Origin: Candidatus Hecatella orcuttiae
Lineage (GTDB): Archaea > Thermoproteota > Bathyarchaeia > Hecatellales > Hecatellaceae
Assembly: GCA_002011035.2 (NCBI GenBank)
Contig: MTLY02000003.1
Coordinates: 160,001 to 224,000 of the forward strand
Reading direction: 5' to 3'
Length of the DNA stretch: 64,000 bases
In this document: positions 19,868-29,090 of the stretch, piece by piece
How positions within the stretch are numbered: the first letter of the stretch is position 1
Layout: each line of letters starts with the position of its first letter
Position numbers and translations under genes: made by a program
The notes under the pieces: model-generated
What the model was told of the DNA's origin: nothing
What the model saw: only the letters and a program-made list of their open reading frames with translations
The model's database searches: none

Positions 19868-20785
19868 ATGAAAGGCCGAGACTTCCTGACTTTAGGAGAT
19901 TTCTCCGCAGAGGAGCTTTGGGCGATCATGAAAGAAGCCCTGAGGCTGGAGCAACTGGGCGGCTCCGTCTCGGAAATTCTCAAGGGAAAGTTCCTAGTTC
20001 TCATCTTCCAAAAGCCTTCCACGCGAACGAGGATTTCCTTCGAAGCGGCTATCAAACAGCTTGGGGGCGAATGCGTAAGCCTAGGCTGGAGCGAGATGCA
20101 GCTTGGCCGTGGGGAGACCATAGCAGACACAGCTCGAACCCTAGACCGGTATGCCGACGGCATCGTGGCAAGGGTGTTTTCCCACGGCCACTTGGTGGAG
20201 ATGGCTGAATATGCGGCTATTCCGGTGGTCAATGCTCTCTCCGACCTCTACCATCCATGTCAAGCTCTCTCCGATTTTCTGACCATCTACAAGAAGCTGG
20301 GCAAGCTGGAGGGTGTCAAACTCGCGTGGATCGGCGATGGGGACAACGTCTGCCATTCGCTTCTTCTCGGCTGTTCCAAGCTGGGTGTCGACATGAGCGT
20401 AGCTTCCCCTCCCGGCTTCGAGCCTAAAGGTGAAGTCCTCCAAGCTGCTCAGCGGGAAAGCCGAAAATCCGGCTGTAAGATAGAGGTTGTCAGGGAACCG
20501 GAGGCAGCGGTCCGCGGCGCTGACATCATCTACACGGATACGTTTATCTCCATGGGTCTGGACGAGGAGAGACAGAGACGGCTTCAGGCATTCCTCCCAA
20601 AATACCAGGTGACCCTCAAGCTTCTCCAGCTGGCAAACCCCGACTGCCTCTTCATGCACTGCCTACCCGCCCACAGGGGCGAGGAAGTGGTCGACGAAGT
20701 CCTCGATGGTCCCCATTCCATCGTGTGGTTTCAGGCTGAGAACAGAATGCATCTTCAAAGAGGCCTCCTCTCCCTCCTCATCTAG
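19868..20785 (+). CDS. argF: ornithine carbamoyltransferase
   Basis: STRTR, HPCQ, SMG and HCLP motifs. Confidence 0.96.
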   Translation: MKGRDFLTLGDFSAEELWAIMKEALRLEQLGGSVSEILKGKFLVLIFQKPSTRTRISFEAAIKQLGGECVSLGWSEMQLGRGETIADTARTLDRYADGIVARVFSHGHLVEMAEYAAIPVVNALSDLYHPCQALSDFLTIYKKLGKLEGVKLAWIGDGDNVCHSLLLGCSKLGVDMSVASPPGFEPKGEVLQAAQRESRKSGCKIEVVREPEAAVRGADIIYTDTFISMGLDEERQRRLQAFLPKYQVTLKLLQLANPDCLFMHCLPAHRGEEVVDEVLDGPHSIVWFQAENRMHLQRGLLSLLI

Positions 20786-20797
20786 TCTTTCCGGGAG

Positions 20798-21625
20798 ATG
20801 TTCGCAATTTTCCTCATAGCCGCCTCCAAGGAGGACCCCGCGGGCCTCAACATCGCCCAAAAGCTCATAAAAGAATACGGCTTCAAAAGGCTGGAGAAGC
20901 CGGGCTCTCCGAAACTAGACCTCTACAGGAAAGACGACGTGCAGCTCGTCCTTATCGAAGGGCCGTGCACCCACGCCTCCCAGCTCAGCCGGCTTTTTCC
21001 CGTGGAGGCCGTGGTCTTCGCCTCCAAGCACAGGAGCGAAAGCTTAGAGCCCACTCTCACCGTCCACGTTCCCGGGAACCTAACCTCTGAAGCGAAACAA
21101 GGAGGTCGTCCCAGAGAGCTGGCGTGGGCTTGGCCTCAGCGCATGCGCAAAGCACTCCTCGCCCTAATGGAGGGAAAGAATAGGCTGCCTTCCGACTTTC
21201 GGGTCTCCTTGGAGGCAACCCATCACGGCCCCACCGAGTTAGACGTCCCTGTGTGGTTTGTGGAGATAGGAAGCTCAGAGGCTCAGTGGAAGAACGATGA
21301 AGCTGGGAGGGTGGCGGCGGATGCTGTTTGGGCCTCCCTAGGCCCTCTTGCTGGGGGGAGGGCTGCGGTGGGTTTTGGTGGGGGGCATTATTCTCCGAAG
21401 CATACGGAGTTCTGCGCGGAGACGGATTACGCCATAGGCCACATTTTCCCCAAATACGCTTTCGCTTCAGGCATCGACGATGAGGTTTTGGCTCAAGCCT
21501 TTTCCAAGACTTGGGGAGAATGCCATGTGGCCGTCGTAGACTGGAAGGGGCTTCAGGGAGGCTTGCGGAGGGTTCTTTTGGAAAAGCTGGAAGTCATGGG
21601 CGTGGGGGAAATCGTGAAAATCTGA
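20798..21625 (+). CDS. dtdA: D-aminoacyl-tRNA deacylase
   Basis: SKH.S, LTVHVPGN, EATHHGP, FVEIGS and GGGHY motifs. Confidence 0.93.
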   Translation: MFAIFLIAASKEDPAGLNIAQKLIKEYGFKRLEKPGSPKLDLYRKDDVQLVLIEGPCTHASQLSRLFPVEAVVFASKHRSESLEPTLTVHVPGNLTSEAKQGGRPRELAWAWPQRMRKALLALMEGKNRLPSDFRVSLEATHHGPTELDVPVWFVEIGSSEAQWKNDEAGRVAADAVWASLGPLAGGRAAVGFGGGHYSPKHTEFCAETDYAIGHIFPKYAFASGIDDEVLAQAFSKTWGECHVAVVDWKGLQGGLRRVLLEKLEVMGVGEIVKI

Positions 21626-21696
21626 CCGTAGATCGGCAGTTTTCAGAAGGGAAAGACTTTAAGTTTACCCTTAAATTTAACTAGAAGGAGCGAATC

Positions 21697-21870
21697 ATGG
21701 GCTTGAGGTCATGGCTTACTTCCAGCTACAGGCTGTTGAAGACTGCTTCGAAGCCAAGTAAGACGGAGTTCTGGCTTCTGCTCCGAGTCTGCATTCTAGG
21801 CGTGATCGTGGTAGGAGCCGTGGGCTTCCTCATCAAATTCATCTCCGCCATCATAGGGTTCAAGCCTTGA
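21697..21870 (+). CDS. secE: protein translocase SecE / Sec61-gamma (57 aa)
   Basis: Below ORF-track cutoff. MGLRSWLTSSYRLLKTASKPSKTEFWLLLRVCILGVIVVGAVGFLIKF: KP...EF followed by a TM helix, directly before spt5. Confidence 0.92.
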   Translation: MGLRSWLTSSYRLLKTASKPSKTEFWLLLRVCILGVIVVGAVGFLIKFISAIIGFKP

Positions 21871-21907
21871 AGAGGGCCTGTTTCCGCATATCTCAGAGGT
21901 ATGAAAG

Positions 21908-22438
21908 TTGAGCGAAGAGGATAAGGCAGAGGCAAAATCCGAGGCTGAGGCTGAAAGCCGAGAGAGTGGAGTTGAGGTTGAAAAAACTCAGATATTTGCC
22001 TTGAAAACAACCTCAGGCCAAGAGGTCAATGTGGCTAACATGATCTCCAACAGGGCTGCAGCCAACAAGGCACCCATCTACGCTGTGCTGGTGTCAGGAA
22101 CCCTGAAAGGCTACATCTTCGTGGAGGCGGCGGGCCCTCACTTCATCGACGATATTGTATCTGGGGCTAAGCATGTGAGACAGAGGCTTCCAGGGCTGAT
22201 CAAAATCTCCGAACTGGAAAGATACTTGATCACCAAGCCTGTGATCGAGGAGCTGGAGGTGGATGACACCGTCGAGGTGGTAGGAGGGCCTTTGAAGGGC
22301 ATGAAAGCCAAGATAACCAAGGTGGACAAAATCAAGAACGAAGTCACCTTAGAGCTTTTAGAAGCCTCCATAACCATGCCCATAACCGTCGGAGGCGACT
22401 ATGTAAGGCGTCTCGAAAAGGGGCGGCGGGGGAAATAG
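21908..22438 (+). CDS. spt5: transcription elongation factor Spt5
   Basis: NGN domain (TTSGQE.NV, LKGYIFVE) plus KOW domain (VEVVGGPLKG). Confidence 0.96.
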   Translation: MSEEDKAEAKSEAEAESRESGVEVEKTQIFALKTTSGQEVNVANMISNRAAANKAPIYAVLVSGTLKGYIFVEAAGPHFIDDIVSGAKHVRQRLPGLIKISELERYLITKPVIEELEVDDTVEVVGGPLKGMKAKITKVDKIKNEVTLELLEASITMPITVGGDYVRRLEKGRRGK

Positions 22439-22440
22439 CC

Positions 22441-22926
22441 TTGGGCGAGAAAAAAATAGTGGAAGCCTTGATCAGCGGAGGAAAAGCCACGGCAGGCCCT
22501 CCATTGGGCCCAGCCTTAGGCCCGTTGGGGGTTAACGTCCCTGCCATTGTGGGAAAGATCAACGAGCTCACCTCCCAGTTCGGGGGGATAAAGGTTCCGG
22601 TTAAGGTTATCGTAGACTTAGAGACCAAAAGGTTTGAGGTAGAGGTAGGTACGCCTCCCACCGTAGCCCTCATCGTCAAGGAGCTAGGCATTGAGAAAGG
22701 TTCAGGGACGCCTAACACGCAGAAGGTTGGAGACCTCACCATGGAGCAGGTGAAGAAGATAGCCGCCATAAAGATGGCTCAGTCCTATTCCAAAAGCTTG
22801 GAGGCAGCGGTTAAAGAAGTCCTAGGAGTCTGTGTGAGCATGGGAGTGACTGTGGAGGGAAAAGAGCCTAAAACCGTCCAGAAGGAGATTGCTGAAGGCC
22901 GCTACCGGGAGCTTTTAGAAGCCTAA
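22441..22926 (+). CDS. rpl11: 50S ribosomal protein L11 (uL11)
   Basis: GGKATAGPPLGPALGPLG motif. Confidence 0.97.
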   Translation: MGEKKIVEALISGGKATAGPPLGPALGPLGVNVPAIVGKINELTSQFGGIKVPVKVIVDLETKRFEVEVGTPPTVALIVKELGIEKGSGTPNTQKVGDLTMEQVKKIAAIKMAQSYSKSLEAAVKEVLGVCVSMGVTVEGKEPKTVQKEIAEGRYRELLEA

Positions 22927-22991
22927 GCCTGAAAACCTTATTGGCTACTTCCCTCCTACTATTGAGGCTTAAGCTGAATCGGTGTGAAGGA

Positions 22992-23645
22992 TTGCAGGTA
23001 AAGATTGAAGCCTTAACCGAAGCCGTTAAGGAGGCTTTGGAAGCAGGGAAAAGAAATTTCACTCAAAGCATAGACCTCACGGTGAACTTGAGGGACATAG
23101 ACCCGAAAAAGCCTGAAGCCCGTTTGAACGAGCTGGTGGAAGTCCCTCACGCCGTTCAGAAGGAGGTCAAAGTCTGCACCATAGCCTCCGGCCAGCTGGC
23201 TTTAGAGGCCAAGAAAGCGGGAGCAGAGCGGGTGCTTCAAAGGGAAGACCTTGAAAACTTGGCCAAAGACCGGAAAGCCGCTCGGAGAGTAGCTCAGGAA
23301 TATGACTTTTTCCTGTCTGAAGCCTCCATGATGCCCTTGGTGGGAAAGATTTTCGGGCCTTTCCTAGGGCCTAAAGGTAAGATGCCTACCCCCATTCCTC
23401 CCAACGCCCCTGTTCACTCCTACATTGAAAGACTCCGTCGCACGGTGAGACTGAGGCTGAAGGACCAGCCTATCGTGCACTGCCGGGTGGGTGTGGAAGG
23501 CATGGACCCTTTTCATATTGCAGAGAACGCCATGGCGGTGTTGAGGAGGCTGGAAGAGAAGCTGGAAAAAGGAGCTAAAAGCATTGCGAAGGTTTACGTG
23601 AAGACTACCATGGGCAAGCCTGTGGTTGTGAAAGGGGGAAGCTAG
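22992..23645 (+). CDS. rpl1: 50S ribosomal protein L1 (uL1)
   Basis: RNFTQSIDL, LGPKGKMP and KTTMG motifs; in-frame TTG at 22992 preferred over 22941. Confidence 0.95.
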   Translation: MQVKIEALTEAVKEALEAGKRNFTQSIDLTVNLRDIDPKKPEARLNELVEVPHAVQKEVKVCTIASGQLALEAKKAGAERVLQREDLENLAKDRKAARRVAQEYDFFLSEASMMPLVGKIFGPFLGPKGKMPTPIPPNAPVHSYIERLRRTVRLRLKDQPIVHCRVGVEGMDPFHIAENAMAVLRRLEEKLEKGAKSIAKVYVKTTMGKPVVVKGGS

Positions 23646-23646
23646 G

Positions 23647-24531
23647 TTGAGCTTGAAGGCTGTGTTGAAGGTTAAAGAGCGGAAGAAGGCGGAGGTAGAG
23701 GCCCTGACTAAACTCCTCAAAGAGTACAAGGTGGTGTCGCTCAGCAACCTCCACAAAGTCCGAGCAGCCCAAATCCAGAAGCTGAGAAAAATGTTTCGAG
23801 GAGAGGTCATCTTCAAATGCGCTAAGAACACTTTGCTGAGGAGAAGTCTTCGAGAGGTTTCCAAGGAAAAGCCCGGGCTGAACGGTTTGGAAAAATATCT
23901 AGGAGGATCCACTCTTCTCATTCTGACAAACCTAGACCCCTTCAAACTTTCCATCATGCTGGATAAGAATAAAGTAAAGCTGCCGGCTAAGGTCGGAGAC
24001 ATAGCTCCCTCTGATATCGTCATCCCTGAGGGAAGCACAGGTCTTCCCCCGGGGCCCATCATCAGCGAGCTCACGGAGCTGGGATTACCCACCAAGATTG
24101 AGGGGGGAAGCATCTGGGTGACCAGGGACACGACGCTGGTGAGGAAGGGCGAAGTCATATCCGCCCAGGTGGCCAGCCTCCTGAGTAGGCTGGGAATCAA
24201 GCCCATCGAAGCCAAGCTCAGCCTGACCGCGGCCTACGAAGACGGCTTAGTTCACCCCCCGGAACTCCTCCAAATAGACCTTCAAGCCTTTAAAGAAGAG
24301 TTGCAGAAGGCCGTGGACTCCGCTCGAAATCTGGCGGTTAACGCAGGTTACCCCACCCCAGAGACGGTGCAGATTCTCTTAACCAAGGCGGCTCTGGAAG
24401 GGCGAAGCTTATCCATCGCCGCCAAGGTCTTCGACAAGGAGACGCTGCCCATCCTCTTGGCTGAAGGCAGCCGCGAGGCGAGCAGTCTGCTGGGCAAGTT
24501 GAAGGAGATCGACGCCTCGCTGGCTTCCTAG
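23647..24531 (+). CDS. rpl10: 50S ribosomal protein L10 / P0 (uL10)
   Basis: KNTL, AKVGDIAP.DI and TGLPPGP motifs. Confidence 0.95.
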   Translation: MSLKAVLKVKERKKAEVEALTKLLKEYKVVSLSNLHKVRAAQIQKLRKMFRGEVIFKCAKNTLLRRSLREVSKEKPGLNGLEKYLGGSTLLILTNLDPFKLSIMLDKNKVKLPAKVGDIAPSDIVIPEGSTGLPPGPIISELTELGLPTKIEGGSIWVTRDTTLVRKGEVISAQVASLLSRLGIKPIEAKLSLTAAYEDGLVHPPELLQIDLQAFKEELQKAVDSARNLAVNAGYPTPETVQILLTKAALEGRSLSIAAKVFDKETLPILLAEGSREASSLLGKLKEIDASLAS

Positions 24532-24610
24532 CTGGCGGGGGGCTGAAAGGTTGGGAATATATTTATAAGGATGAGGCTTGATTGAGCATACACTCAAGAG
24601 GTGAGTTCCT

Positions 24611-24931
24611 GTGACTGTCTCCTCTGCCTACGTTCACGCGGCTTTGCTACTCCACTACGCCAACCAAGGCATTAACGTGGACAACCTCAAGAAGGTCTTG
24701 GAGGCTGCGGGTATCCCCCCAGACGAGTCTAGAATTAAAGCCCTAGCCGCCGCCATATCTGAGGTCAACGTGGAAGAAGCCCTTAAAGCCGCACCAGTAG
24801 GCTTCGCGCCCCAAGCGCCAACTGCGCCCGCCACGCCTGCGGAAGCCAAGAAGGAAGAGAAGAAGGAGAAAGAAAAAGAGGAAAAGAAGGAAGACGAGGC
24901 GCTGGCAGGACTGGGCGCCCTCTTCGGCTAG
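24611..24931 (+). CDS. rpl12: 50S ribosomal protein L12 / P1
   Basis: YVHAALLLH...acidic hinge...[11 protein letters not shown]. Confidence 0.96.
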   Translation: MTVSSAYVHAALLLHYANQGINVDNLKKVLEAAGIPPDESRIKALAAAISEVNVEEALKAAPVGFAPQAPTAPATPAEAKKEEKKEKEKEEKKEDEALAGLGALFG

Positions 24932-25032
24932 CCTCCGCCTACCTTTCTCAGCTTCCTCCCCATGCTTCTCCTTTCCCCTAGCGAGCTTTGGTCTAAATAG
25001 TTCTTCCACCCAAGTTTCTTAGAGGCGAAACC

Positions 25033-25827
25033 TTGGGAAAGCTCACGTTCATAGGTTTAGGTCTCCACGACGAGAAAAGCTTGTCTCTGCTGGGGCTGGA
25101 GAAGGCTAAAGCAGCTGACAGAGTTTACGCTGAATTCTACACCAACCTCATGCCTAAACTTTCCATCAAAGCCTTGGAAAACCTCCTAGCCAAACCCGTC
25201 ACCGTCCTTTCCAGAGGAGACTTAGAAGAGCGGGCTGAGGAAGGAATCCTCAGGCAGGCGTCAGAGGGAGAAGTTGCCCTGCTGGTGCCGGGAGACCCCT
25301 TGGTGGCTACCACGCACATTGACCTCCGGCTTCGCGCCGAAAGGGCAGGCATTGAAACCGAGGTTTTAAACGGGGTCTCCATCTACTCAGCCGCCCCCGC
25401 CGCGGCGGGGCTTCAAGTCTATAAGTTCGGGAAGACGGTGACCGTTCCCTTTCCAACTCCCTTCTACAAGCCTGAAACCCCCTATGAAGTGGTTGTGGAG
25501 AACAGCCGCCGAGGTCTTCACACGCTAGTACTTTTGGATGTGGACAGCGAGAAAGGGCGGTGTATGACGGTTAGGGAGGGCTTGGAGTATCTTTTAGAGG
25601 TGGAGGAGAAAAGAAAAGAAGGGGCAGTGACCCCGCGTCGGCTGGCCGTGGGACTAGCAGGCCTAGGCTCCCTGAAGCCTGAAGTCAAGGGAAACCGAGT
25701 GGAAAGACTGCTGGAAACAGTCTTTGAGGAGCTTCCCCAGTGCATCATCTTCCCGGGGAAGCTTCACTTCATGGAAGCTGAAGCCTTGAAAGTTTTTGCC
25801 GGCACTCCGGAGGAGGCTTTCCGGTGA
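25033..25827 (+). CDS. dph5: diphthine synthase
   Basis: FIGLGL, EFYT, GDPLVATTH, YKFGKTVT and GLHTLVLLD motifs. Confidence 0.95.
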   Translation: MGKLTFIGLGLHDEKSLSLLGLEKAKAADRVYAEFYTNLMPKLSIKALENLLAKPVTVLSRGDLEERAEEGILRQASEGEVALLVPGDPLVATTHIDLRLRAERAGIETEVLNGVSIYSAAPAAAGLQVYKFGKTVTVPFPTPFYKPETPYEVVVENSRRGLHTLVLLDVDSEKGRCMTVREGLEYLLEVEEKRKEGAVTPRRLAVGLAGLGSLKPEVKGNRVERLLETVFEELPQCIIFPGKLHFMEAEALKVFAGTPEEAFR

Positions 25828-26105
25828 GCGCGTCGCGGAAGCTGGAGGAAATGTACCGGAGATATAGAGAGAACCTCAGCCAAGCTCTTTCAGGGTTGAA
25901 GCTTCAGGCAGCCGGGGAGGAGGCTTCAAGGGTAAGGGAAATAGTCGAGTTGGCTGAAAGCTACCGGCGGGACGCGGAGCACTTCCAGAACACCGGGCGG
26001 CCTGTCACCGCTCTGATATCTCTAGCCTACGGGGAAGGCCTGCTGGACGCCCTTAGACTTTTAAGGCTCGTTCACTTCACATGGAAGAGGAGTGGAGCGG
26101 GCTGA
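25824..26105 (+). CDS. DUF357 family protein
   Basis: AESY..DA.HF...A...LAYGEGLLDALR; GTGA overlap with dph5. Confidence 0.85.
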   Translation: MSASRKLEEMYRRYRENLSQALSGLKLQAAGEEASRVREIVELAESYRRDAEHFQNTGRPVTALISLAYGEGLLDALRLLRLVHFTWKRSGAG

Positions 26106-26602
26106 GGAAGCGGCTGGACAACGGGCGGAAAAGGGTGCTGGCTTCCGGGGTCTTCGACCTCCTCCATCTTGGGCATGCGCGTTTTCTTCAGAAGGCCAAG
26201 GAGGTCGGGGGAAAGGACTCGGAGCTTTTGGTCGTGGTAGCCCGGGATAGCACCGTCAAGAAGTTGAAGGGAAGCCCTCCCGTTCTCCCGGAAAAGGAAA
26301 GGAGAGCCTTGGTGGAGATGCTTAAACCCGTGGACAAGGTGGTATTGGGAAGCAGGAAACTGGTGGACATAGAGGGAATCATCCGAAAACATAAGCCCGA
26401 CATCATTGCGTTGGGCTACGACCAAGACCAGATTGAGGCTGAGGTTAAACGCGTCGTCGCCGCGAAGGCCTTCCCCATTCAGGTGGTCAGAATTCAAAGG
26501 TTCGGCTCCGAAGGCTTCAACAGCTCCTCGAAGATCAAGGAACTCGTTGCAGCCTTAAAAAAAGCTGAGAAAAAGAAGGCTAAACCGCTAAGGACGGGTT
26601 AA
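26081..26602 (+). CDS. ribL: FAD synthase (cytidylyltransferase family)
   Basis: GVFDLLHLGH, VVARD, PDIIALGYDQ and SSSKIK motifs. Confidence 0.85.
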   Translation: MEEEWSGLRKRLDNGRKRVLASGVFDLLHLGHARFLQKAKEVGGKDSELLVVVARDSTVKKLKGSPPVLPEKERRALVEMLKPVDKVVLGSRKLVDIEGIIRKHKPDIIALGYDQDQIEAEVKRVVAAKAFPIQVVRIQRFGSEGFNSSSKIKELVAALKKAEKKKAKPLRTG

Positions 26603-26618
26603 GCTCGCCGCGGTGGGA

Positions 26619-27575
26619 CTAGAATTTTAAGGCCGAGTCAGCCAGCTGGCGGGCGTCAAGGCTTTCTTGAGCCGGATTCAACACTAGAAAGGCCCCCTGC
26701 GGGTTGAAGTAAGGCGGCCCCTTCCTAGAGAAAAGGGTTAAAACTTTCCCCCTATGGGAGGCCATGACCCCTTCAGGGCAAGGTTGATGGCCTCGGATGA
26801 GAACCTTGGCCCCAGCCAGCGCCAGCACTCGAGCTGTCACGTCTTCGCCAAACAGTCTCCCCGCCCCGCGGGGGGAAGGATAGACTCCTGCGATGTCGTC
26901 TTCAGGGTCGCTCCAGAGAATTTCCTCCAAATGGCTTGTGGAGGGGTGGGTCTGATGGGCGTAGGCTAAGTCTTTTAGAGTTGAAGCCTGACTGGGTGCC
27001 CCTCCGTGGAGCAGCAGATAGGCTCCCTCCACCAAGACAGCTTGATGCAATCCCTGGAAAAGCCTCACTAAGCTCAAGTAGAGGTCTCTTCCCGCGGAGC
27101 CGAATTTTCTCTGAAAGTCGGAGGGTAGGTCATGGGGCATCCCCAAAAGGTCTGGGGGGGCTTCGTGGTTTCCTCGGAGAAGAATCACCCTTTCAGGGTG
27201 GTCCCGCTTCAGCCTGAGCACCAAACTGTAGACTTCAGGAGAGTAGGGCCCTCTGTCCCCATAGTCTCCTAAAAAAATCAGCTTCACATCCTCCCCAGCC
27301 GCTGTCCGCTCTAAAAACCTGCTTTTTCGAAGGATGTGGATGAGGCTCTCTAGGTCTCCGTGAAGGTCTCCCACGACCACGATTTTCCCTTTGCGCGGGA
27401 GGACGACTAGGCCTCCGGTGATTTTCATCTCCTCCCTGTAGCCCCCTTGGCTTCGCTCCGCCTTCAGCAAGGCTTCAACTTCCCCCATCAGCTGGGCCAT
27501 TTTGTCGGAGGAAATTCTGAAAGCCTCCTCGGCCCAGTGTTCAGCCAAATGCAATGCAGAGCCTCCGAACTGCAC
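26619..27575 (-). CDS. PPP-family metallophosphoesterase (Ser/Thr phosphatase-like)
   Basis: GDLHG, GDYGDRG, RGNHE, HGG, LWSDP, RGAG, RGHQ and TLFS motifs. Confidence 0.88.
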   Translation of the reverse strand: MQFGGSALHLAEHWAEEAFRISSDKMAQLMGEVEALLKAERSQGGYREEMKITGGLVVLPRKGKIVVVGDLHGDLESLIHILRKSRFLERTAAGEDVKLIFLGDYGDRGPYSPEVYSLVLRLKRDHPERVILLRGNHEAPPDLLGMPHDLPSDFQRKFGSAGRDLYLSLVRLFQGLHQAVLVEGAYLLLHGGAPSQASTLKDLAYAHQTHPSTSHLEEILWSDPEDDIAGVYPSPRGAGRLFGEDVTARVLALAGAKVLIRGHQPCPEGVMASHRGKVLTLFSRKGPPYFNPQGAFLVLNPAQESLDARQLADSALKF

Positions 27576-27578
27576 AGC

Positions 27579-27989
27579 CTACTTTTCCCTGATTTTTTCG
27601 ATGTACATGAGGGAGAAGTCCAGCTGGGGGAGGTACTCCATTTTCAGCGTGGCTTCAGCCTTGCCGTAGTGGGTTTTGACTTCAACCTTCAGATGCCTCC
27701 CTTGGAGGGCTGTGTAACTGTACGGGTCTCCTCGTCGGCGTTTCTTCAGCAGTTTGGGGTCTAGACGCACCTTCACTGCGGCTCGGTAAGGTTGGAGGAG
27801 GAAAGCTTTCTCCGCAGCCTTTTCCACAGCTTTAATCACATCCCTATCGCGGGTTATGGGTGTTCCCACAAGCTGGTGAACCAAGGCGCCTAGCGCTATG
27901 CCTCCTTCGAAGACGGCTCTCTCCCTGTCGGTGACCGAGGGATCAAAATATTTTTGGGCTTTATCCTTCATGTTCCGCGTGGAAATCAC
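27579..27989 (-). CDS. mptD: archaeal dihydroneopterin aldolase (DUF381)
   Basis: TDRERAVFEGGIALGALVHQLVGTP, LQPY, Y..L and LMY motifs. Confidence 0.88.
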   Translation of the reverse strand: MISTRNMKDKAQKYFDPSVTDRERAVFEGGIALGALVHQLVGTPITRDRDVIKAVEKAAEKAFLLQPYRAAVKVRLDPKLLKKRRRGDPYSYTALQGRHLKVEVKTHYGKAEATLKMEYLPQLDFSLMYIEKIREK

Positions 27990-28038
27990 CTTTCCAAATT
28001 TTTTATAGGTGTAGGAGCCGCGGGGAGATAACAGCCGC

Positions 28039-29004
28039 TTAGCCTTTGGAGGAAGCCTTGGAGGTCTTCCCTTTTAGGCCTAATTCTTTTCGAATGTCCC
28101 CTAGCGTTATAGCCCGGTGGGCTACAAAGTCATGCTTGTGGATGCTTTCTTCGCTCCGTAGCTTAAAAACCACCATCACACTGTCAGGAAGCTCTCTGAA
28201 GGTTTCGGCGAAATGCTTCATCATAAGTCTGATACTGTCCTCAGCGAAGAGGGGGTTTCCTATGGCCTTCATAACCAACTCCGCTTCGTCTTTCCTCTTG
28301 AGCAGCCCGTAGCTGGAGGCGCTCATGGATTTCTCCACCACGTCCACCAAACTCAAGGCGTCCATCTCGTAGCCGCTGGGAACCTCCGTGTTGACGATGC
28401 CGAGGCTCCGCTGCATGTGGGTGGGCAGAGGGATGTCCTTCAGTATCCAGCGGAAACCCTTGGGGGAGAAGCGATTTCTCACCATCTTCCGTCTTACATT
28501 TTCCGCCAAAATCTCCTGGGCGCAGGGGCAGGCGGTTACGCCTTTCACTCCTACTCCCACCCTTCTTTCCAAGGTCACAGAGCCGTCGGGGGCTTTGAAA
28601 GCTGTTGCGGAAGCCGTGAGGGTGCAGGGCTCGTAGCTGAGCTTCCCAGTTTTAGGAGTGGTCTTCCCTATGACGGCTTCCCCTCGAGCCTTCACCCGGG
28701 CCCTTGAGATGGATTTGTGTCTTCGAAAAAGCTCTAGGGCTATGTTCCCGCAGATATTTTCCAGCTTGTAGGTTCTCCCGGAGAACTTCTCCAAGACCTC
28801 TGATATTATCTCGTAGTGGCGGGAGGCGTGGATGCCCTTCTGGTGGGCGGGGAGGTCGACGAAGACGTCAAAGCTGGGTACCACCACCACTGGTTTTTTG
28901 TTGTAATAGGCAAAACCCACGGGCATCTTCACCCCCACCACCCCCACCTCTTTCAAGGGGATGGAGAGGGGCGGTGCTTTATCTTGGATTTCCCGTCGGC
29001 TCAA
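28039..29004 (-). CDS. mptA: GTP cyclohydrolase MptA (FolE2 family)
   Basis: VDLP..QKGIHASR, TACPCAQ, THMQR, LKRKDE and ESIHKHD motifs. Confidence 0.92.
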   Translation of the reverse strand: MSRREIQDKAPPLSIPLKEVGVVGVKMPVGFAYYNKKPVVVVPSFDVFVDLPAHQKGIHASRHYEIISEVLEKFSGRTYKLENICGNIALELFRRHKSISRARVKARGEAVIGKTTPKTGKLSYEPCTLTASATAFKAPDGSVTLERRVGVGVKGVTACPCAQEILAENVRRKMVRNRFSPKGFRWILKDIPLPTHMQRSLGIVNTEVPSGYEMDALSLVDVVEKSMSASSYGLLKRKDEAELVMKAIGNPLFAEDSIRLMMKHFAETFRELPDSVMVVFKLRSEESIHKHDFVAHRAITLGDIRKELGLKGKTSKASSKG

Positions 29005-29090
29005 AGTCTTGTCAACCCGAATTTCCTCGGCTCCCTTTAAATTAAAGGAAAGCTGCGGACATTATTAGCCTAACAGGGTTAGTTAAATCT

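Noticed and set aside
24845-24900. GAA/AAG-rich low-complexity repeat
   Set aside because: Encodes the normal acidic hinge of ribosomal P1.
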